Origin: Fonticula alba ATCC 38817
Lineage: Eukaryota; Protista; Nucleariida
Strand: one strand, 5' to 3'
NCBI GenBank assembly: GCA_000388065.2
Contig: KB932205.1
Length of the DNA: 27,156 nucleotides
The position numbers and the translations under genes were made by a program. Shown here piece by piece: positions 19,466 to 27,156 of this stretch; positions within the stretch are counted from its first letter, which is position 1; each line of letters begins with the position of its first letter. The notes beneath the pieces were generated by a model, which saw nothing but the letters and a program-made list of their open reading frames with translations, had not been told where the DNA came from and did not search any database.

Positions 19466-21406
19466 CGCCTGCCCTCCGCGGGCCTCCCCCGCTCCGGGGA
19501 TCCTCGACTCCGGGGCCATGGGGCCCCCTTGGCCACCGGCCTGGACGCCACGTCGCGGCCCTTCGTCTGGCCGGGCCTGGCAGGGCCCTTGCCATCCTTG
19601 CCAGGAAGGAGCCCGCCTTCGACCGGCCCGACAGCAACACATGCTGCACCGGGCCAGGTGGCAGTGGCCTCTCGGGCGCTGGCCGGTCTTATCGCTCCCG
19701 GGCGCCGGCCTGCGGCAGCACCAGGCCAATGCATGGACGTGCGCGGAGAGCCGAGCAAAACACACTGCTGTGCCATGACGTGTTCGTGCATTATGATGGG
19801 GTCGCGCCGTGCGCAGGGAGCCGCACACACACACACCCGGTCACCGGGCGAGGGACGAGCGAATGCGGCTCCTCCGGAGAGAGGGCATCCAGGACCGGTG
19901 AACAACAACCAGAGAGAGTACAGGGGGGCAGAGCCAAGCCCAAGGGGGGATCGGCTGGTGGCCCGGGATGACTCGCCGCTCGGGCAGGCGCAGGCGTGAG
20001 GGCAGGCAGGGGGCTGCTTGTCGGGACGGAACGCTGCCCGGGGTGGCGACGGCCCGGCACGCGGGGCGCGGCCTCCTCTGCTTGTTCTCCCCTTTCGGCC
20101 AAGCTGGCCCGAGGCGCCGGGCATGATGGGCCACCGTGCACTTCCTGCCGGGAGTGCGACCAATCGGACGGCGCTCCCATGACCCATGGTCGCTTGCGAC
20201 CGGTCGCCTGGCGGCGCTGCCGGCACCTGGCTCGCCGGGCGGGACGCCATCCCTCCGGGCTGGTGGGGCCGAGAAGAGGCGCACGCGAATGCCCGGGGGA
20301 CGGCGCTTTGGCATGGATGGAGATCGCCCTACTTGGTGTCAGTCAGGGTTGGCGTGTCGGCCATGGGTGGGATCGGGGGCGGGGGGGGGGGGGGGTCCGA
20401 ACTGCCAGCAACGGCCGGGCGCCGGCATTCACGCGAATCCCGCGCGCAAGCCTCCCCCAGGAGGGGTCCCAAGCCGGGGACAATGCGCGCCGGCACCACC
20501 CGCCGAATGCCATCGTGCCTCGCCCGGCAGGAGAGCGCAATGCACACCCCGTCGTGGGACGGCGCCCTGTGGCAAGTGACCAACGCAGGCATTTGTGGCA
20601 GAAAGAATGGCAAGAGAGAGAGCGAGCGAGCGCGAGCGAGCGAGGCGGATCACACTGGGCAATGGAAATGCCGGCATCCCGAAGCCGATGAGAGGCCCAC
20701 GACTGTGCCGGGACCCGGGCCTGTGGCTCGCGAGGTGATCGACGCCCCCGAAAGCCGGCCCTGCCGAAAGACCATTCACGCAAGCCCGGACCCTCGCGCA
20801 GGGTCGCCGACCCCGCGGCGCAGGATCCTCCGATCCATGCATCCGCGAGGGGCGGCCTGGCTTGCCCGTGCAGCGGCATCCCCAACGACCCGCCCTCCTC
20901 CCGACCGAGGAGAGATCGAGCATCGTGCCGGCAGGCGCCATGACCAGAGAGACACACGCACGCACACACGGGCATCCGAAGGACAGAACCCGTCCCGCGA
21001 TCGCCTTTTGGGTCAGGGCGCCAGGAGACCGGGCCGCAGGAATGCGTGCGAGCGCCATGCGACGAGCCCCGGTCCGCGTCATCACCTGGCAGACCGCACC
21101 CAGCCACATGTATATGCACATGCCACACGCCAGCTGGCGCCCCGCCCACTTGAAACACGGCGATGTGGCCCCGGGGCAGGATCGGGGCAAGCAGCAGCGT
21201 GCATATTGCCCGGCGGGGGGGAGCAATTGCAATCGGCCGCCACAGGCACCAGGCATGTGGCCGGGGCCGGCAGCATGGGATGCCCCGCCCTGGACATTCG
21301 CCCAAGCGTTGGCAGTTGTAGCGACCATATGGCGGAGCACGGACAGCGGGCATCGCACTCCTCCCCATTGTCAGGTTGCTGTTAGCTTCCGGGCCACCGG
21401 GAATGG

Positions 21407-23412
21407 CTACTTCTGGTTGTGGGTTTCGGCGTGCACTTTTTGATTGAGGGCTTGCTGGGGCCTGTGGCCCCCCCGGGCCCTGGCGAGGATGCCGGGGAGC
21501 CTGCGACGGGGGGTCGGGCGAGCGAGGCCGCTGGCGGCGGCGCAAGGCCTTCGGCCTTCCGGGCCACCCTGCCGCCCTGGCATTCGCGGCCTCTCGACTC
21601 GGTGCCGGGCCCGATCGACGACCCATGGGCTCGGGACATTGAGCCGGACAATGTGTCGGCGCAAGTCCCGGAAATGTCCAGAAACCGATGCCTTCTGGAA
21701 CGGGATTCGCAGGTCCCTCGCGCGGCCGGGGTCCGCACGCTTCCGCACTTCGAGTCGGTCTAGCCCGGGGTCGATGTACTTCGGCCCTGCCGGGCCGAGA
21801 AAGTCACATTGGGCCAGCATCCTCGTGAGGGACGCCCCCTCTCGATCGAAGTAGCCATGCAGCCCCTCGTGCACTTGCCCCGGGGTAAGGCCCAGTCCCG
21901 CCGCGCCGATGCACCACGCAGTCAGCTCGACCACCAGTGATGGATTGCCCTCCAGCGCGGCCCACCTGCCAGGCACACGGTGAAGGGGCTTCTGGTGGGA
22001 GCAGCGAATGGTCGAGCGCGGGTAGGCCTGCATGGTGACGGTGGCCTCACTGACATCCCCCGGGATGCAATGGTGGGTGAGCTCCCTCGGCAGCGGGAAC
22101 GCCTCCTCCGTTGTCCAGGACCGCAGCACGCCGTCGAGCAGCAGCGAGTGCAGCATGAACTGGCGCGGTGCCAGTCGGCCGGACTCGTGCAGATCCGAGG
22201 GCCGCCCAAGCCCCGCCACTCGGACGAGCACTTTGCGCTTGCCCGCCTTCCAGGCAGGCGCCAGTGCCCTCAGGAAAGTGTCCTCGGGAGTCATGCTCAT
22301 GCGTTTGGCGAGCGGTGAGCCGCCCGCCCGGCGCACGAGGCCACGGATTTCCGCCCATGCGGAGGACATCGGATCCCTCGCCCGCGAGGATCCCACAGCG
22401 ACCCCGTCGACTTCGGCCGCGCGCGCCCAGGGCGACCTCGGGGTCGGTCCGCGCGTGGGGCTCCGCCCAGAATTCCGCGATCGCTGAAGCAACCCCGGGG
22501 TTTTTCGGCAGCAGCTGCGCGCCGGGGAAGACCGGCTCGACTTGCCGCAGCAGGTCGACCACCACGGGGCAGTACTGCTCCCCATGGCGCTCTGCGGCCC
22601 GCGTGGCGACCTCGTCACGCCTCCAGTTGCTTGGCAGAAAGTCCGACGCCCAGCAGGCGCATGCCCCCCAACGCCGAGGGTCCCCAAGATGGAGTCTTGG
22701 CATGGCCGGGAGCGGCCCGGGCTGATGCACACCCCGGCCGCCCCTTCATCCGACAGCAGACAAGAGCCCGGCAGCCTGCGCCTAAGTGCCTGGAGGAGGG
22801 TGCTCGAGGAGAGGCAAAGTGCGACGTGCGCGTCGGCGAAGCGAGGGCTCGTGAACGGGGGCCCTTCCCCGGTTCATGCCGACGACCAGGGCGAGTACCG
22901 CGTGGACGAGCACCAGCCCCTGGCCTCCCCGGACCCGGGGCTCCCACCGGTCCAGCAGGGCCCCAGGCTCCTGGGAGGGGTCCGCAGCGTGCTGGAGGAT
23001 GACGGAGGGAAGGCCGCAGGCGCCCTCCACCTCCGGCATGCCGAAGTGCGCCGCGCTGGCATGGGTCTCCACGCCGCCGAGGTTGATGCGCGTGGCCGGC
23101 GGCCCCTTGACGAGGGCCTCCTCGGTCTTGCGTCTGCAGGTAAAGCCAGGGAGCAACATCTCCAGCTAGTGTCTCGGTGCGCCATCGGATATGTGGCGAG
23201 CCAGCTTGCTGCCTGAGCGAAACGCACCGACACGATCCCTGGGCAGGATCGGGCAGCGCGTCAGTGAGCAGCAACGCGTGTTGTGTGTACGGGGGGGGGG
23301 GGAAGATACGCAGGCAGCGGTGCCGCGAGCATCGGGCATGTGTGGCCGGGGCCGGACCCCTAAATCTCTTGTCCGGGGCGCTGGCCCGAGCGTTGGCAGC
23401 TACAGGGCTCAT
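21407..23412 (-). pseudogene. Disabled or mis-assembled protein-coding gene of unknown family
   Basis: Strong G/C at third codon positions and protein-like text across linked frames (IVSVRFAQAASWLATYPM / LEMLLPGFTCRRKTEEALVKG / WASDFLPSNWRRDEVAT / AWAEIRGLV...RKVLVRVAGLG...HGYFDREG); frameshifts near 23165 and 22427; in-frame stops at 22782-22784 and 22746-22748; candidate 71-nt intron 23239-23309. Boundaries uncertain. Confidence 0.55.
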
Positions 23413-25072
23413 CTGACGGATCGCAAACGAGGGGGGGGCATCGCGCGCGGCGTGCGGACGGCTCGCGCGCCCCGCCCCCGGGGCGATCGAGGGAGGGCGG
23501 AGGCCGTCGCGGTGTTTGCCGCCGGCCGGCGCGTTTCAAGAACACCGCCCCCGTCCGGGGCGCCGGGCGGGGCAAAAACAACAACACCAGCAAGCACCGG
23601 ACCAAACGGGAGCGCGCCGCGCCGAGCATCAGCCAACGCGCCACGTCCGAACCCCCCGCCTCCTCCCCTTCATTCAAGCGCGCCCCTGCCACCGGATTGC
23701 CATCGCCCTGCGACGAAATGTGCACCCGGCAGGGAGGAGGACCGAGGAGGCCCGATCGGCCGGATGCGCGGCCGGCAGGCGCATGGCACCCGGGCGCCAC
23801 CCGGGGCCCGGCGCAAGGCCGGCCGGCCCTGCGTGGATGACGGCCCCCGCCCGGCCCGCTGGACAGCAGGCCGCCTCGGCCACTTGCGCCTGCTCCTCCT
23901 GCCCCCCCGGCGGCCGGGGTGTTCTCTCGCGGGGCGTGCGCCCCCCAGCTGCCCTCGTGTGTCCACCGTCCGGCGCGAGGGGCACACTCATTCGCAAGGT
24001 CGCCGGGTGCGAGCGACCACGCGCGCCGGGCATGGTGCCAGCTGCCATCACGGCGCCCGCGAGGCACCCGGGCCGCGCCTTCGCCGATGCCGCCCCGAGC
24101 ATGCAGCATGGCAGCCCAGGGGCACTCCGCACCCGGAGGGCGGCCGAGGCCCCGGGCCGTGGCGTCCCCCGGATGCAGGTCAAAACCCGCCGCAGCTCAC
24201 CGGGCCGCCCTGCGAATGGGCCCTACCCAGGCGGCCGGGCCTCCCGCCACCGCCCCGGTGAGCACGCGGCTGCTCCTGCCGGCCCTGGCCCGCGCAAGGC
24301 CTTCTGCTGGCCCGGCCGCCGGCCGCGGTGCGTCTCGCGGTGGGCCTGCCCCATGCTCGCGCCCTATACCCGGTGATGCTGCTGGGCCATTTTGTCGTTT
24401 CCGTGGAGAAAAGCAACAGCGCCCTCCCCGGCCGGGCCGCCAGCCGCCTGGCGCCCAACAGCCAGCTGGCTGCCTGACCAAGTCTGAGTTGCGAGGAGGG
24501 CGCCGAGGCGCCCCCTGTCGCTCGAGCCCCCTCGCTGGCGGCCGAAGCGCTGGCCCTGCCCCCCGCCATGTTCGACTGCTGGCTGCCGGCTTGCCTGGCT
24601 CTCGGATTGACGCTGCCGCCAGCGTCGCCGGCCCCAGGTCTCGGTCCGTCCCGGGGGGCGGGGCCGCTCCCCGGTGCCCGCCACAGAGCCTCCTTCGGCC
24701 GGCGTCTCGGGAGCGGTATCCGTGCCGCAGTGCGTGCAGGCGCGGCCCAGGCCGGCGCCGGGACATCCGGCACCCCCGTCGCGCGCATCCAGCGCACGGG
24801 CGGCACCTGCCCGGCGGTGTGGCAAGCACCTGCCCCCGGCCGGGCACCTTGGCCTCGTCTGCTTCTCGAGCACCTCCATTCTGCCGCTGTCCAGCACCCA
24901 CGCCAGGTCCAGCACGCACACATGACGTCGGCCGCCGGATCTCGGCCGGTGTGCCGGGGACATCGCGCGGGCGCCGGCGGGGATCCCGCCTCGCCGGGTG
25001 CCCGTCGACCAGGCTCCGGCCGGGCGAGGTGGATCCCGCGCGCCGGGGGTCTCGCCCGCATGCATCTGAGCC

Positions 25073-25092
25073 GGGGGGGGGGGGGGGGGGGG
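25073..25092. repeat. G20 homopolymer (longest of many poly-G/C tracts)
   Basis: Read directly. Confidence 0.95.
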
Positions 25093-27156
25093 TTGGCCGC
25101 GCGGGGGGCTTCTTCGCCGATCTGCCGGGCGGCTCCCCCGGCGACCGGCCACGCGCGTCTGCCCGAGTCGATGGGCTCATGCCGGTGCCGTGTCATTGCT
25201 TCTCGCGCCTCCAGGCTAAGGCGCACCGTGGCCCGAACGAACTCGGCGCCGTGCTGCGTGCGCCGGGAAAGGCAAGCTCCTTTGCCTTGCGGGGGTGGGG
25301 GCCGCATCCTGGCCGTCATCACGACCCGGGCAGGGCCCCACCACGCACGGACCTGCTCGCCCCCCTCCTGTCACATGGCCGGACGGCCGGCGAGCTTGCT
25401 CCATCATCCCCAGGCACACGGGGCGGAGCCCGGTCGGCTGCCCCGCGCCCGAACCCGGCCCGGGGAGGGCGCCCTCCTGCCCAAAACGCCACGCAGCGTG
25501 TGACGTGCGCCCTCGGTGGATTGGCTGGCTCCCCTGCCAGGCGGCATTGCCCCGCCGGCCGGCCTCGCCTTCTGAGCGCCGAATCCCGGGACCGGCCGGA
25601 AACCAGCCGCCCACCGTGCGCCCACTCCCGAGCGGCTACCCCATCCGGTGGCCGCCCGGCAGCACCTCCAGGCCCAGCTGGCTGTGGTCAGGGTGCTCTA
25701 GCTCGCCGGGCTGGGCGCTCGGCACGGCTGCGCGGCATGTCTCAGCGCGACCGGCACCCTAGCGGCGGGTGGAGCCCCGCCCGGGACCGCGGCCGCGAGC
25801 ACATCACTCGCCACCCCTCGAAGGGCCGAGGGCTTCCGGCCGGGGTTCAACTCTGCCGGCCTCGGTCGCATTGGCCGCATGTGCCGCGTCGCCGGCCGTG
25901 TGCTCAACAGACGCATGCCGCCGGCAGTCACCGCCCCCACCGGCAACATGGCGGCCGGGGCTACTCCCGTCCGGTAGCCCGGTCGGCCGGCGACGCGCGG
26001 AGCGTCTCGCGGCGTCCCCGTCGCTCCGGAGGCCACCGGAGGCCGACCAGCCCCTATATGGTCGCATGGCCCACCGGCCTCAGGGCACCCCGTTTGGAGC
26101 CTGGCCCCGGGGCCGGCCTGGCCGGGGCATGCGGCCCCCCGTGTGGAATGCCCACCAGGTGTGGCGTATCCCGGTGCTGGGCGCCTTTCGGGCGGTCTCC
26201 CGGCCGCGGGGGCGAGCCCCTCTTTCCCTGCTTGCCAGCCGCCTCCTGGGCCCCTGTCACAGCCGGCCCAGGCGGCAGGCCCGCCTGAAAGCCGCATCCA
26301 CACGGGTCTCTCGGGGGGCGATGTGCCGCCAGATGCGGGGGCTCGCGCATCCGGGTCACCTCCCTGACCCACCTCCCTCCTCCCCGATACCCTCCACAGC
26401 CCAACGGGGGGGGGGGGGGGCGGGCGGCCGCCAGACACGGCACCCCCGGCTCGGCCGGGCCGCGCGGCAGCGGAAAACAAAACGCCCCCGGGGCGCCGGG
26501 TCTCCCCGGTCGCCGGTCCGCAGGTTGCGCGGCTCCGGGGGAGGGGAGGGGGCGGGCGGTACTCGCGTCTCCCGTGCCGGGCGCCTGGTTCCAGGCCTGG
26601 GGCACGGCTGGGCGGCAGCTGCCGGGCGCCGCGCACCCGCCAGGGGGCTGGGGTGGGCCGATCGGCCCATTTTCCGGATGCCAACGGTCGCACTCCTCGG
26701 CCGGTGCGCCCGGGCCCAGGCCTCTTGGGGCGGGCAGGTGGGCGGCCCAGGGGCCAGGGGGCGCATCGCTCGCCCGAGGGCGCCGAGACGCGGCCCGCCG
26801 CCGGCTAAGCCGACCTCCCCGCGATCGGTCATGCGCCTGGGCGGGGGCTGGCCGAAAAAAAAGGTGAAACCCCTGTGCCACGTGCACCTGCCACTCGGCT
26901 CCCGGGGCATTTTAATACCCCTTACGGGGCCGGGCACCCATGGCCGGCGGGTCGGGTCCAGATCCCCAGCCCGCGGGCCGACCCGTGTGTCAAACCGGCT
27001 GATGAAGCCCAATGGGCGGAGGGGGGGGGCATGCACGCAGGCCGCGCAAACACATGTAAACAAAAATAAAAATTTTAGTATATATTTCACCCTGCCCTCA
27101 GCCGGAGCGGAAAAGCGGCCCCCCAATCGGAGCCCGTCCAGGAGCCCCCCCCCCCC

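Noticed and set aside
21102-21130. HVHIH on the minus strand, resembling an HUH/Rep or HIT motif
   Set aside because: Encoded by a CATGTG/CATATA low-complexity patch; no Rep motif I, no catalytic YxxK, no helicase or terminal hairpins seen.
24870-24965. Minus-strand AHR...VLDSGRME, resembling the end of an ABC ATPase
   Set aside because: Spacing is off and there is no Walker A/B or LSGGQ signature; treated as chance.
23420-27050. Many 150-790 aa ORFs on both strands
   Set aside because: Arg/Pro/Gly/Ala-rich, no consistent GC3 frame, no motifs; no gene model could be supported, although decayed fragments cannot be excluded.
1-27156. CRISPR arrays, IS/LTR/TIR elements, rRNA, telomeric repeats
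   Set aside because: No repeat-spacer array, terminal repeats, RT or transposase motifs, rRNA signature or TTAGGG arrays seen by eye.

Overview
Very GC-rich eukaryotic genomic DNA with short GT-AG introns and CTRAY/TACTAAC-type branch sites; no prokaryotic, CRISPR or clear transposon signal. Gene style suggests a unicellular opisthokont such as Fonticula alba (inference, not verified). Three co-oriented + strand type-I membrane receptor genes share furin-like Cys-rich repeats: (1) a 407-aa kinase-less receptor (127-1483, 2 exons); (2) a ~1908-aa FG-GAP plus Cys-rich receptor (4379-10337, 2 exons) whose short tail starts K-R-G-F-F-R, matching the integrin-alpha KxGFFKR motif, the most interesting signal here; (3) a ~1457-aa receptor Ser/Thr (TKL-like) kinase (13865-19465, 7 exons) whose first exon carries two 180-bp assembly duplications, one joined by Illumina adapter sequence that creates a false frameshift. 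Four tRNA genes (Ser-AGA, His-GTG, Lys-CTT, Glu-CTC) lie between genes 2 and 3, each with an AT-rich box at about -31 to -36. A disabled minus-strand gene of unknown family lies at ~21400-23410. The rest is GC-rich intergenic DNA with microsatellites and long poly-C/G tracts. Most long ORFs in the track are antisense or frame shadows. All exon models were spliced by hand.
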